The notes: generated from the letters alone by a model not told the origin. Shown: positions 40,620-54,893, numbered from the stretch's first letter. The stretch: DNA of 64,000 nt from Octopus sinensis (GCF_006345805.1 NC_043014.1:16182001-16246000); one strand, 5' to 3'. Made by a program: numbers and translations.

Positions 40620-40652
<33 letters not shown>

Positions 40653-41089
40653 AACACGAATTATTACATATTTATGTATACTCCTGTATATATATATATA
40701 TACATATGTGCATAGGCATATATATATATATATATATATACACACAAACAAGTACATACACACACACATAAGTATATGTATATACATATATATACACACA
40801 TGTATGTGATGCATTTTGCAGGAATTTTAATCCAACAGTCTTTGAGAACTTAATTCTTGTTCCAACACAAAAGCCTGTGTGTTCATATCAATCTACATAT
40901 ATATATGTATATACATATGTACGTGTGTTTATACACACATACATACATGCACACATATATATATATGTATGTGTATACATACATATATATTCCAGACTGA
41001 TGAAGAACAGTGACTTTGAAACTAGTCATAATAATGAAGAAATAGAAACATTTTTTTCACGAAATTCTGATGACTTTTTCTCTCTCTCT

Positions 41090-41132
<43 letters not shown>

Positions 41133-41357
41133 TATAGAAACAGTGAGCTTCTCTCAGTTTTCATCTACCGCACCCACTCACAAGGACTTGGTTGACCTGA
41201 GGCTATACTAGAAGACACTTGCCAAAGGTGCCATAAAGGGGGCTGTGTGGTCAGAAGCTTGCTTCCCAACCACATGGTTCTGGGTTTAGTCCCTCTGAAT
41301 GGTACCTTGGGCAAGCACCTTCTACTATAGCCTCAGGCTGACCAAAGCCTTGTGAGC

Positions 41358-41394
<37 letters not shown>

Positions 41395-41409
41395 CTGTAT
41401 GTATGTATA

Positions 41410-41645
41410 TACCTATTTCTTTACTACCCACAAGGGGCTAAACACAGAAGGGACAAACAAGGACAGACAAATTTATCAAGTCGATTATATCGACGCCAGT
41501 GCGTAACTGGTACTTAATTTATCGACCCCAAATGGATAAAAGGCAAGGTCAACCTCGGCGGAATTTGAACTCAGAACGTAATGGCAGACGAAATACAGCT
41601 ACGCATTTCGCCCGGCTTGCTAACGTTTCTGCCAGCTCACTGCCT
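41410..41645 (-). mobile_element. SINE family A copy (others at ~39690-39930, ~46370-46760 dimer, ~49740-49930, ~50390-50620, ~51820-51980)
   Basis: Reverse match to 2694-2935. Confidence 0.85.
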
Positions 41646-41884
41646 TGGGGGCAGCCTCCCTAACACCCTTCAGGCTTCCAGCACAGGGTGCAAAGGCACC
41701 CCTCCACCCTTCTTTCAGTTTCTGTTTACCAAATCCACTTACAAGGCTTTGGTCGGTCCAAGGCTATAGTAGAGGACTCTTGCTCAAGGTGCCCAGCAGT
41801 GGAACTGAACCCAGAACCAAGTGGTTGGGAAGCAAGCTACTTACCACACAGCCACTATATATGTGCGTGTATATATATATATAT

Positions 41885-42258
41885 GAGTGGCTGTGTGGTA
41901 AGTAGCTTGCTTACCAACCATATGGTTCCGGGTTCAGTCTCACTGCGTGGCATCTTGGGCAAGTGTCTTCTGCTATAGCCTCGGGCCGACCAAAACCTTG
42001 TGAGTGGATTTGGTAGACAGAAACTGAAAGAAGCCTGTTGTATATATGTTTGTGTGTCTGTGTTTGTCCCCCTAGCATTGCTTGACAACCGATGCTGGTG
42101 TGTTTACGTCCCCGTCACTTAGCGGTTCAGCAAAAGAGGCCGATAGAATAAGTACTGGGCTTACAAAAGAATAAGTCCCAGGGTCGATTTGCTCAACTAA
42201 AGGCGGTGCTCCAGCATGGCCGCAGTCAAATGACTGAAACAAGTAAAAGAGTAAAGAG
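41885..42258 (+). mobile_element. SINE family B, full-length reference copy (others at ~14810-15030, ~19805-19960, ~24430-24640, ~28760-29010, ~39380-39690, ~43980-44190, ~48278-48430, ~52060-52260, ~63420-63676)
   Basis: A-box TGGCTGTGTGG, B-box GGTTCAGTC, CTTGGGCAAGTGTCTT body, internal (TA)/(TG) tract, tail AAACAAGTAAAAGAGTAAAGAG. Confidence 0.9.
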
Positions 42259-42295
<37 letters not shown>

Positions 42296-42475
42296 GGAAG
42301 CGTCTTGTGTATGCTTATACTTATACATACATATATACAACACACACACACACATACGTATACATACACTTTATATGCAACTAAGGTGTAGAAGATTTGG
42401 CCTCAACTTCCAGAACAATGTTGGTGAGTGTGTGCGTATATGTATATATACATATATATATATATACATATATAT

Positions 42476-42830
42476 CATCATCATCATTTAGCGTCCGTTT
42501 TCCATGCTAGCATGGGTTGGACGGTTCTACTGGGGTCTGTGAAGCCAGAAGGCTTCATCAGGCCCAGTCAAATCTGGCAGTGTTTCTACGGCTGGATGCC
42601 CTTCCTAACGCCAACCACTCCGTGAGTGTAGTGGGTGCTTTTTACGTGCCACCCGCACTGGTGCCAGACAGAGCTGGCAAACGGCCACGAACGGATGGTG
42701 CTTTTTATGTGCCACCGGCACGAGGGCCAGGCGAGGCTGGCAACGGACACGAAACGGGGCGGTGCTGGCAACGGTCGCGAAACGGAAAGTTCTCTTACAT
42801 GCCACCGGCACTGGTAACACATCTGCAATT
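42476..42830 (-). mobile_element. RTE-type 3' UTR fragment with minisatellite
   Basis: (CAT)n tail plus GGTGCTTTTTA(C/T)GTGCCACC units. Confidence 0.7.
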
Positions 42831-43436
42831 TCCATTGATCGATTTCCATTGATCGATTTCGATTATATATATATATATATCTCTTATTATAAAAGGCAGA
42901 TTTTATCTGCCTCCCTTTGGGAGTTATACAAATCTACAATATAGGATTTCTTCAATTACAATTTACCTTGCAGTTTTAAGAGTACAATGCATCGCGTCAT
43001 GCCAGGTCCAGTTTTTAAAATTTAAACTCCAATTAAGCAAAATTTACAGAAAACTCACATTCTGGTGTGTGTGTCAAATGCTTTTCTTAGTCTGGTTTAC
43101 AGCACACGCAAACGCACACACACAGTGGGCAACGAATAAAATGAAAGTAACTGACTTACTGTAGTGAGTGATTCTTTCACTCTGCCTCCCACTTCCTGTT
43201 TCAACACATAGACACGCAAATATATAAATAAAATTGTAAGCTAACGTGCGTGTGTGTGAGTGGGTGTGTGTGGGTGTGCGCGTGTGTGTGTGTGGGTGTG
43301 CGCGTGTGTGTGTGTGGGTGTGCGCGTGTGTGTGTGTGTGAGGGTGCGTGTCTGTGTGTGTGTGTGTGCGTGTGCGTGAGTGTGTGACAGGAAAGTTTCT
43401 TACGACGAATATAACACCTATATCCAAGTAGCAGAA

Positions 43437-43915
43437 AGATAAGACAGTAAGGTGTGATTTGAGGGAGATTTGGCTGCTATTTCTACCATGTCTAGCTGCC
43501 ATGTAGGGGTCTCCCTCATAGGCTCATACATACATATATACATAGATAAGACAGTAAGGTGTGATTTGGGGGAAATTTGGCTGCTATTTCTACCAGGTCT
43601 AGCTGCCATGTAGGGGTCTCCCTCATAGGCTCATACATACATATATACATAGATAAGACAGTAAGGTGTGATTTGGGGGAAATTTGGCTGCTATTTCTAC
43701 CAGGTCTAGCTGCCATGTAGGGGTCTCCCTCATAGGCTCATACATACATATATACATAGATAAGACAGTAAGGTGTGATTTGGGGGAAATTTGACTGCTA
43801 TTTCTACCAGGTCTAGCTACCATGTAGAGGTCCCCCTCATGGCTCATATATATATACATACATAAGACAGTAAGGTGTGATTTGAGGGAGATTTGGCTGC
43901 TATTTCTACCAGGTC
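43437..43915 (+). repeat. 107-bp minisatellite, ~4.5 copies
   Basis: AGATAAGACAGTAAGGTGTGATTTG starts at 43437, 43544, 43651, 43758 and ~43863. Confidence 0.95.
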
Positions 43916-44279
43916 TGTTAGGCCTTCTCATGTAAACTCAAGCTTTCTCATGCCTTGAACAAGACCAAAGCAGAGAATGTATTCTTTTATTCTTCTGCTT
44001 TTTCCAGCCATTGGTCTGTGGCCATGCTGGGGCAATGCCTTGAAGAATTGTAGTTTAATGAATCAACTCCAGTTTTATTTTGTAAGCATTGTACTTATTC
44101 TATCTGTTTCCTTTGTCAAACCACTAGGTGACAGGGATGTAAACAAACCAACATTCGTTGTCAAGCAGTGGTGGAGGACAATCACAAGCACAGACACGCA
44201 CACACACACACATACATGCATACACATATACACACATACATACATACATACATATATATATATGTGTGTATATATATAT

Positions 44280-44532
44280 TGCAGCCTGGAAGGTGTTTGT
44301 AAGCCATTTAAGAAACACACAAAAACTGTTACATTCACTTCAACATTTAAATTTAATTTGCCAAAATATTTTCGTCGCTTTGAGACCGCGACCTGTTCAC
44401 TGACAAAAATATCGTGCTAACAGGTCGCGGTCTCAAAGCGATGAAAAATTTTGACAAATAAATTTAAATGTTGAAGTGAATCTAACGGTTTTTGTGTTTC
44501 TTAAATGGCTTATAAACACCTTCAACGCTGCA
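44280..44532. repeat. ~250-bp fold-back element with degenerate hammerhead-like cores on both strands
   Basis: TGCAGCCTGGAAGGTGTTTGTAAGCC.. / ..GGCTTATAAACACCTTCAACGCTGCA; minus-strand core GTGAACAG-GTCGC-ggtctcaaa-GCGAC-GAAA (44370-44400). Confidence 0.85.
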
Positions 44533-44694
44533 ACTGTTTTCGTTCCAGCACACGATCTCAGATCAAGTCACTTGCTATGCAAGTACATCTCTGTAACTAT
44601 ATATATATTATATATATATATATATGTATATTGGTAAAAACAGTAAGATAACAAAAGAAAGAAAGAGACCTCAATATTATGTAAATAGAGGAAA

Positions 44695-45087
44695 TCTTTA
44701 TATATAAAAGTGAGGTTGTGTGTCTGTCCTACGATTTAGATTCCTAACTACTCCCACATTTTGCGGTGCAGTTTAACCAAAACCGGGTATCTTATAGTCG
44801 TGATTCATATCGAGACCGTCTGGGTATTAGCGCGCGTCTACGATGAGTCTACGATTTAAAAAAAAATTTACCATCAATTATTCCCATTTTTAATCCATTT
44901 TTGACATATATAAGGGAAGTAACTCTCTAAAATTTATTATTAAATCTCAGAACGTAAAAAGCTACAGGAACACCCCTCCCCCTTTGTGGTTAGCCATATT
45001 GAGATGGCTATTATACTTTACATCTCTAAAACTGCTTATATAATTATTTCCCTTACAAACCCGAGCAACGCCGGGCGATACTGCTAG
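44695..45087 (+). mobile_element. Non-autonomous Helitron, complete
   Basis: A|TCTTTATATATAAAAG ... ACCCGAGCAACGCCGGGCGATACTG CTAG|T: canonical TC/CTAG termini, AT target site, subterminal hairpin. Confidence 0.9.
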
Positions 45088-45092
45088 TATAC

Positions 45093-45164
<72 letters not shown>

Positions 45165-45356
45165 TGGGGGCATAGTTACACACACATGCGCACAGAAGCA
45201 AATAGACACACAATCGGGAGGAGGACACACAGACAGACAAATAGGAAAGGGTGAAAGGGCATGGAGGCCAGTGTGGAACTGTGCCAAGGAAACTGGTTAA
45301 TGGTGTGTAGAAACTGTAGAAAGATGAGTGTGTATACACGCACACACTATATATAT

Positions 45357-45802
45357 ATCATCATCATCGTTTAACGTCCGTTTTCCGCACTGGCACGGGT
45401 TGGACAGTTCGACCGGGGTCTCGGAAGCCAGGAGCTGCATCAGGCTCTAGTCTCATCTGGCAGTGTTTCTACAGCTGGATGCCCTTCCTAACGCCAACCA
45501 CTCCGCGAGTGTAGTGGGTGCTTTTTACGTGCCACCGGCACAGGTGCCGGGGAGTCTGGAATCGGCAACGATCAGTTGGTGCTTTTAATGTGTCACCGGC
45601 ACCAAAGCCAGCCGAGGGGTCGCTGGCATCGGCCACATTCGGATGGTGCTTTTTATGTGCCACCGGCACAGAAGCCAGTCGAGGCGGCACTGGCAACGAC
45701 AACAATCGGTTGGTGCTTTTTATGTGCCACCGGCACAGAAGCCAGCCAGGGCGGCGCTGGCATCGGCCACGTTCGGACGGTGCTTTTTATGTGCCTCCGG
45801 CA
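45357..45802 (-). mobile_element. RTE-type 3' UTR fragment with five-unit minisatellite
   Basis: GGTGCTTTTTA(C/T)GTGCCACCGGCAC five times at 60-67 bp spacing. Confidence 0.75.
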
Positions 45803-45872
45803 CAATATATATAAACACGTTAACAACATACGGATGCTAATAAAACAAAGAGGTTCAACGTGTAATAGGTAG

Positions 45873-45929
<57 letters not shown>

Positions 45930-46118
45930 AGAGTGGGTGGGGTAGGTGGGGGTTGGAGGTGGTGGGTGAGGGGGAGGTGCCTGTCCCCTGTGTATTAAGC
46001 AATAGTCAGGTTCTAATAGGGGGGAAGTGGCAGGTTGTGTCTATATAGGTCTATGTACGCATACACATACCAGTCTGTGTGTGTATATGTATGTATATAT
46101 ATATATATACATATATAC

Positions 46119-46166
<48 letters not shown>

Positions 46167-47004
46167 ATTCAAAGTGCAGGTAACCGAGGGGGGGGGGGGG
46201 GCGAGTAGCACCTATATCGCTAGAAATAAGAATTAAAAACCCTCGGAGCTGCAAGAAAGCATGTTTTTAATTCTTATTTCCATTGGTTAATATAACTTGC
46301 TTATATAAAGATTCTAAAAGAATCGAAATTCATGACAGATATTCTTTTTGAAACTTCTAGAATCTTTATAGATATTTCTTTACTACCCACAAGGGGCTAA
46401 ACACAGAGGGGACAAACAAGGACAGACAAAGGGATTAAGTCGATTACATCGACCCCAGTGCGTAACTGGTACTTAATTTATCGACCCCGAAAGGATGAAA
46501 GGCAAAGTCGACCTCGGCGGAATTTGAACTCAGAACGTAATGGCAGACGAAATACTTATTTCTTTACTACTCACATGGGCTAAACACAGAGAGGACAAAC
46601 AAGGACAGACAAAGGGATTAAGTCGATTACATCGACCCCAGTGCGTAACTGGTACTTAATTTATCAACCCCGAAAGGATGAAAGGCAAAGTCGACCTCGA
46701 CGGAATTTGAACTCAGAACGTAACGGCAGACGAAATACGGCGACGCATTTCACCCGACGAAATATATATGAGCAAGTTATATTAACCAATGGAATAAAAC
46801 TAAAGTGATAATCCTTCAGCAAAGACATTACGTCATATTGCCAATTCGCGCCACATTTCAAAATGGCTAAAATGGCTATTGCTACATCAGTCGCGGTTTT
46901 CTGTTTATTCTACCTTAAGCTTTCTCTTAGGTTATATTATTTATTTAGGCTTTCTCTGAGTAAGGGAAAATATAATGATTCAACGTCACTTATACTTAAG
47001 TGTT

Positions 47005-47039
<35 letters not shown>

Positions 47040-47041
<2 letters not shown>

Positions 47042-47515
47042 GTTTAAATATTTGTTGTGCAAGATTTTTTATGTGAAGTCGTGTGTTGAAACAGATATTG
47101 TTATATTTCGGAATGGTCATTTTGCCAGTTTAGCCAAAAACAACAAAAACAAAATACAAAAAATACAAATTACATGAACATATATAAACAGAAGATATTA
47201 ATATTACAGGCATCCCCCCACATACACACACTAAATAAACATAAACGCACATAGAGATATAAGCATGCGCAAATGAAGACTTAAAATAGAAATACAAAAT
47301 GGCTGACGGTTAGTAAGGAGAGACACGAATAAGAAAGAAGAAAACAAAGGACCACTGATGCGGTCACAGGAGTGTGACGAAAGAACTTTGGCCGAAATAA
47401 GATTAAGATTAATGTAAAGAATAAATAACACTGAAGCAAAATAACACCAAATATAGTGCGTGTGTTTTTATTGGCTAAACTGGCAAAATGACCATTCCGA
47501 AATATAACAATATAT
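47040..47515. repeat. Fold-back element (inverted arms ~47097-47140/~47470-47512) with hammerhead-like core
   Basis: TATTGTTATATTTCGGAATGGTCATTTTGCCAGTTTAGCCAA inverted; core CTGATGCG-GTCAC-aggagt-GTGAC-GAAA at 47355-47382. Confidence 0.75.
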
Positions 47516-48436
47516 ATATATATATATATATATAGAGGGAGATATATATATATATATAGATAGAGACACACACACACACATACATACATGGGTGATCTTT
47601 CGTCTCTAGTAGACCTTTCCGTCGATTACACAACATACTGTCTGTCTCCCACACCCCATCAAACACACACACACACACATGTACATCAATGCTCCCATGC
47701 ACGGTAACTTCAAAAGAACTTCCCTCGTCATACAATCGCTTTCTCTTAGTCTCTTTCGCTCTCATTACTTCAAAAGTTCCCGCAAGCCCATATGTAAAAA
47801 AAAATTTTTTTACGGAAATCGACGGAAAGGTCTACTAGAGACGAAAGATTGCCACATACATGAACAATAAACATTATAGCTTTCTAAATACATTTTGAGA
47901 TCAAAAGTATTGATCCGATATTGTTTATAAAATCGTAGTAGTGAGTAGATATAGATATATAAATACACACACACACACATACATATATATATACATACAC
48001 ACTCACATATATATACATGTATGCACACACTATATATGTTTGTATGGTACGTGAGCCCGCACCAACTTAATGGTCAAATATATATGCGTGTGTGTGTGTG
48101 TATATAGATGTATACACATACACACGTGCATATCAGTAGAAAGCATCTTGCGTGTGTGTGTGTGTGTGTGTGGAAGACTAAGTGTCTACTAACTTGTTTG
48201 GATGAGATGACTTAGTCCACATACATGCTAGCATATATATGTGTGTGTGTGTATATATAAAATATATATATATAGGTGCAGGCGTGGCTGTGTGGTAAGA
48301 AGCTTGCTTCTCAACCACATGGTTCTGGGTTCAGTCCCACTGCGTGGCACCTTGGGCAAGTGTCTTCTACTATAGCCTCGAGCCGACCAAAGACTTGTAA
48401 ATGGATTTGGTAGACAGAAACTGAAAGAAGCACATC

Positions 48437-48930
48437 GTATATCATCATCATCATCATCATCAATGTTTAACATGCTTTCCATGCTGGCATGGGTCGCACA
48501 GTTTGACCGAGGACAGCCAGGCTCCAATCTGATCCAGTCAGGTTTCTACAGCAGAATGCTCTTCCTAACACCAGCCACTATATGTTCCACCGGCACGGAG
48601 GCCAGTCAGGTGGTACTGCCAATAGCCACACTCAAATGGTGCTTTTTACGTGGCACTGGCACAGGAGCCAGTCAGGCGGCACTGGCTTGGGCCACAACTA
48701 CGATTTCACTTCACTCAATAGGTCTTCTCAAGCACAGCATACTGCCCAATGACTGAAGGGCTCTTTTAAATGGGCTGGTAACGCAACACTGGCATCAGCT
48801 TTGGCTACGATCTCGCTTAGCTTGCCAAGTCTTTTCAAGCATATCTCCAAAGGGTCTCGGTTGCTTGTCATTTGCCTCTGTGAAGCCCAACATTCGAAGG
48901 CCATGCTTCACCACCTCATCCCATGTTTAT
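48437..48930 (-). mobile_element. RTE LINE 3' end (C-terminal coding relic, 3' UTR, (TGA)n tail)
   Basis: Minus strand TWDEVVKHGLRMLGFTEA (RTE C-terminal W.D.VK.DL motif) upstream of the minisatellite-bearing UTR. Confidence 0.7.
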
Positions 48931-49306
48931 GTATATAATTATGCATATATTTGCATCTTTGTGCTGGTGTTTGTTTCTCCATCACTGCTTGACATTGTTG
49001 GTGTGTCTACATTGCTGTAACTTAGCAGTTCAGCAAAAGAGACCAACAGAATAAGTCCGGCGAGAAGGCGGGGTTCGATTTGTTCCACTAAAAAAACCAT
49101 TCAAGGTGGTGCTCCAGTATGGCCGCCGTCAAATGACGAAAAACAAATTAAAGAATATATCAGACACACACACACACATATATCCATATCTATACATGCA
49201 AATTCTATATGTATGTGTATATATGTGAAGGTGTTTGGTATAGTGGTTAGAATGGTACATTCATATCTAGCAATCATAGGTTCAATTTCTAGATTCGGCA
49301 ATGCAT

Positions 49307-49339
<33 letters not shown>

Positions 49340-49427
49340 CTTTTACTTTTTTTTTACTCTTTTACTTGTTTCAGTCATTTGACTGTGGCCATGCTGGAGC
49401 AAACTCTACTTACCTTTATATATATAT

Positions 49428-49488
<61 letters not shown>

Positions 49489-50860
49489 CCGCTGGTCTAT
49501 GTGTATACATGTATGTGTGTGTGTAGAGAGAGAGGGATTATTTGTGAGAGATTATCAATCCATGCTTTCTGTTTGTAAACCAGGCAAACACCGTGGTTTA
49601 GATTGATAAAGAAATTTGTGTATTCTTGTGGCAGGGTCCAATGTTATTGTTCATCATGGTTCTGATGGAAGTAGCATTTTAGGTCATTCAACATTTCCCA
49701 ACTGGTCGATGAGCCGACTGAGTAAACCTGCCAATATGTTTCTTTATTACCCACAAGGGGCTAAACAAGAACAGACAAAGGGATTAAGTCGATTACATCG
49801 ACCCCAGTGCGTAATTAGTACTTAATTTATCGACCCCGAAAGGATAAAAGGCAAAGTCGACCTCAGCGGAATTTGAACCCAGAACGTAACGGCAGACGAA
49901 ATACGGCTACGCATTTCGCCCGGCGTGCTAACGTTTCTGCCAGCTCGCCTGTAAACCTGCCAATAACGAACCTATAATTGCTACTGGAAACAGCTGCAAG
50001 TCAGGTTAACTACAGTATAGAGAAATAGGTAATGGCCGTTATTTATACCTTGTCTTGAATATATATATGTGTGTGTGCTTGGTGTGATTAAAATTTGGCA
50101 CAGAAGTACGACAAAGGATCCCAGGAAAATTCTTACACACCATGTGGATATGCTCATCCCTCATCGGTTCTCATTGAAAAATCATAATTTTGCACCTTTA
50201 CTGATAAGATTATTTTGGGGGTGTCAACAGCAGCAAAAGGACTGCAGGGGTTTGAGTGAGCAAATGCAAAGGGCAGTGAAGGAGACAAACAATAAAATGA
50301 GACCAGATCACAAACAACCTGGGTAAATGGTGCGAATATACGACAAGCTGGCTTGTGGAATTAACGTGCTGGTAAGTACCTGAGTGCTCCACTCCATGGC
50401 TTAGTGGTTAGGATGTTGCACTCACAATTATGAGGTTGTGGTTTCAATTCCTAGACTGGGTGGTGTGTTGTTTTCTGGGGCAAAACTTTTTGCTCTGCAA
50501 TCACTTCTTCCATTGCTCCATTTCGAGTTCAAATTCCGTTGAGGTCAACTTTGCCCTTCATCCTTTCAGGGATCAATAAATTAAGTACCAGTGAAACACT
50601 GAAGTCTATATGATCAACTTACATATCTGTAATTAATATACAAACACATATAGAAAATATATAACTTTTCTGCAGTTTTTTTAAAACACAGCAATGAAAA
50701 GGTGATAGATTCTTTATGTGTGTGTGTGTGTTATAAATTAATTAATATCCTCAATTAAGTGTGTAGTAAAAGTAATTGATATACATACGTGAGTGTAAAA
50801 GGCAAAATTATCCAAAAAGATAATTTTTTTCTTTCAGAGAAATGAGTTTTTTCCAATCCA

Positions 50861-50931
<71 letters not shown>

Positions 50932-52709
50932 AGTATATTATTATATATACAATATGCAATAATATATATACTACTAATATATATATATATACAAGAGAAG
51001 TAAGTTCTTTTTTTTTTCGTAAGGATTTAAATTCCAAAAGGGGTTAAGTTTCGATGTAGATTGTCTTAATCCTGCGCGGACCGTCCTAAGTGTGAAAGCA
51101 GGTCCCTTCTCTCTCACCCTTCTCGGTAAAAAGTAACTTCTCCCTCTCTCTCCCCTCCACCCCGTTTCATCCTCCTCCTCTCCTCCTCCTCCCAGAGTCA
51201 CACACACAGGCAGACACGCGTGTGCACACACACACACACAGACACACACACACAGAGTTTAAGCAGTGTTGGAGGATGGAGAACGGCCTTATGTCATGTG
51301 TTTATGTGCATATATGTATGTCACTTTGTGTACATATATGTGTGTGTGTGTGTGTGTATGTTGGGATATGAGAGAGAAAGAAAGAGAAAAGGTGTGTGAG
51401 AGAGAGAGAGAGGGGTGGAAGAGGAAAAAGAGAGAGAGGGAGAAAGAGATATATGGTGATGTTGGTGGAGGAAGAGGAAAGGAGAGAGTCAAAGAAACAG
51501 TCACACAGAGAGAGAGAGACACACACACACACACACACACACAGGTACAATCAGGGAGGGAGAGAGTGTGTGTGTGCTTGAAAATGAGAAACAGATATGG
51601 CGGTGGCGGCGTCGGTGGTGAAATGGGAAGGGGAAGGTAAAGAAACAAGGAGACAGAGAGTGAGAGAGATAAGAGTGGATGGAAGAAGTATGGGTGTGAA
51701 TAGGAATCAGTGAGATGGTGGTGGTGGTGGCAGCGGTGGTGGTGGTGGCAGCGGCGGCGGCAATGGCGGGGTGGTGGTGCGTGGGATTGAATAACGGAGA
51801 GAGAGAGGCTCAACACCAGCTATCTTAGGGGAAGGCAGAAAGTCGATTACATGGCCCTCAGTGCTCAACTGGTACCTGTTTTTATTGACCCTGAAAGGAT
51901 GAAAGGCAAAGTCTTTGAACTCGGAAAAGTAGAAAGCCGGAATAAATGCTGCTAAGCATTTTGTGCGACAGAGTAACGATTCTGGAAACTCGCCGCATTC
52001 TGTATTGTTATAACACTTTATTGAATAGAATAGAATTTATTGAATAGAATTTACGAATATTCTTTTTTTTCCCAGTCATTGGGACTGTAGCCATGCTGGT
52101 GCACCGCTTTGAAGGGTTTACGTGAATAAAGTGACTCCAGTACACATTTTTAAAGCTTGCTACTTTTTCAATCGGGTTGTCTTTACTGAACAGTTAGGTT
52201 ATGGGGACGGAAACAAAACAACACCAGCCGGTCGAGCGGTGAAATGGAGTGGGGACAAACACAAACGAAAAGATACGTGCACACACATATACACATACAT
52301 TGGGAACCTCTATTGGTTTTGATTCCTTGAATCCCTTTTCTTGAACACCACACACACATACACACACACACACACACACAAACGTTAAACCCTCCTTCTT
52401 TCCTTCTTTCCTGAGCGTCCAATAATACTACATTTTTTCCACGTCCTCGCGTTGTTGTGTTTTTCTTTTGTGCTTTCATGTTTGGATTAACTATATATAT
52501 ATATATGCCCATACACACACAAGGCATATACTTGCATTTACATGTTCATATACACAGCACTACACTTACAAACGCATATACATACATACATACATATATA
52601 CACATACATGTATAAATATGCCCACACACATACGTATATATGTACGCAACTTCATCTTCATATACATATAGATGTATGCTTACAAATATATTAAACATTT
52701 ATTCATATA

Positions 52710-53134
52710 TTGGGTTGGCAACTAAGTTCCCGCCGTTTTTTAAATTTTGGTAATTATTGCGAATCTATTGTTTTTGAGAATTCTATTTTGGAATCCTTTT
52801 GGAATTTATTTTGTTTTGTTTTTTTTTCTAGTTAATTTTAGTTAATTTTTGTTTATTTTCAGATCATTAAAATGGAATGTCAAGTTAAGAAAAACGAGCA
52901 TTTTCGACACCTCCTTCTTTTTGCTTTAAATCAAGGCTCTAAGGCCGCAAAAGCTGCTCGCGACATTTGTGCTGTGTATGGAGAGGGTGCTATAGTTGAA
53001 AGAACCGCTCCTGATTGGTATGCCAAGTTCAAAAATGCTTGCTCGTCACCGCTCAATTCATGTACACAAGCAACGATTTCTTTACCGAATCTTTACTGGC
53101 GACGAAAAATGTTGCCTGTAAATCAGTATGAAGC
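52710..53134 (+). mobile_element. mariner transposon 5' relic (mellifera-type TIR), internally deleted and truncated
   Basis: TA|TTGGGTTGGCAACTAAGT TIR; MECQVKKNEHFRHLLLF..AARDICAVYGEGAI..WYAKFKN (HTH); RFLYRIFTGDEK (first catalytic D) at ~53075-53110. Confidence 0.85.
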
Positions 53135-53228
53135 ATTCTCTCCTGATCCTTTCCTTCATCACTGAATACCTTATTCCGTCCCCTTCAATTACCCCTAGGT
53201 ACTTGCAGCTCTCCGCTGGGTCTAACTC

Positions 53229-53233
<5 letters not shown>
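53135..53233 (-). mobile_element. Short fragment of a diverged R4/Dong-type RT whose 5' end abuts the (TAA)n tract
   Basis: KELDPAESCKYLGVIEGDGIRYSVMKERIRRE, homologous to KELDPQESYKYLGINEGDGIHHATMKEKIRKE in ORF 61437-61856. Confidence 0.75.
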
Positions 53234-53282
<49 letters not shown>

Positions 53283-53307
53283 TTATTATTATTATTATAT
53301 ATTATTA

Positions 53308-53375
<68 letters not shown>

Positions 53376-54024
53376 TAGTTTTATGTTTTTGTTATGTATT
53401 TGTCTGAATATTTTTTTATCATGCCTAATGCATCTACTATGATAGGAATTGTTTCTGTTTTCAGATTCCACATTATAGTTACCTCTATTTCCAGGTCTTT
53501 GTATTTTGAGAGTTTCTCCATTTCTTTTAGAGACACTTTGTCATCAGCCGGTATTGATACATCAATTAGAAAGCATTTTTTTTCTTCATGGTCTCTGACA
53601 ACTATATCTGGTCTGTTGGCCTTAATTTCTCTGTGTGTATCGGCATATCCCAGAGTATGGTTGCTTTCTCGTTTTCTGTGACCTTTTCTGGTGTGTGCCT
53701 ATACCATCTTTTTCTGTTGTTATTCCATAATGTTGACATAGCTTCCAATGTATGTAGGTTCCAACTTTGTCATGTCTGTGAATATATTCCTTGTTAGCCA
53801 GGACTGGGCAGCTAGAGATAATATGATTTATTGTTTCTTGTCCATCTCCACATATTCTGCAGTTACTTGTAATATTTCTTTTCATTACATGTTTTTGGTA
53901 ATTTCTGGTGGGGAGGCTTTGGTCTTGTGCTGCAATTAAAAATCCCTCTGTCTCTGCTTTGAGTCCTGAGCTTCTTCTTCTTCTTCTTCTTCTTCTTCTT
54001 CTTCTTCTTCTTCTTCTTCTTCTT

Positions 54025-54055
<31 letters not shown>

Positions 54056-54115
54056 TTATTATATTATTATTATTTATTATTATTATTATTATTATTTTAT
54101 TTTATTATTATATTA

Positions 54116-54165
<50 letters not shown>

Positions 54166-54893
54166 TAGTTTTATGTTTTTGTTATGTATTTTTCTGAATA
54201 TTTTTTTATCATGCCTAATGCACCTACTATGATAGGAATTGTTTCTGTTTTCAGATTCCACATTCTAGTTACCTCTATTTCAAGGTCTTTGTATTTTGAG
54301 AGTTTCTCCATTTCTTTTAGAGACACGTTGTCATCAGACGGTATTGATACATCAATTAGAAAGCATTTTTTTCTTCATGGTCTCTAACAACTATATCTGG
54401 TCTGTTGGCCTTAATTTCTCTATCAGTGTGTATCGGCATATCCCAGAGTATGGTTGCTTTCTCGTTTTCTGTGACCTTTTCTGGTGTGTGCCTATACCAT
54501 CTTTTTTCTGTTGTTATTCCATAATGTTGACATAGCTTCCAATGTATGTAGGTTCCAACTTTGTCATGTCTGTGAATATATTCCTTGTTAGCCAGGACTG
54601 GGCAGCTAGAGATAATATGATTTATTTTTTCTTGTCCATCTCCACATATTCTGCAGTTACTTGTAATATTTCTTTTCATTGCATGTTTTTGGTAATTTCT
54701 GGTGGGGAGGCTTTGGTCTTGTGCTGCAATTAAAAATCCCTCTGTCTCTGCTTTGAGTCCTGAGCTTTCTCTTCTTCTTCTTCTTCTTTCTTCTTCTTCT
54801 TCTTCTCTTCTTATTATTATTTTATTATTATTATATTATTATTATATTATTATTATTTTTATTATTATTATTATTATTATATTATTAATATTA

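Noticed and set aside
42880-43250. Helitron-like 5' end (A|TCTCTTATTATAAAAGG)
   Set aside because: No matching hairpin-CTAG 3' end found, so not called as a feature.
45516-45802. CRISPR-like repeat/spacer array
   Set aside because: Spacers are homologous to each other, the array is part of a dispersed eukaryotic retroelement 3' UTR, and there are no cas genes.
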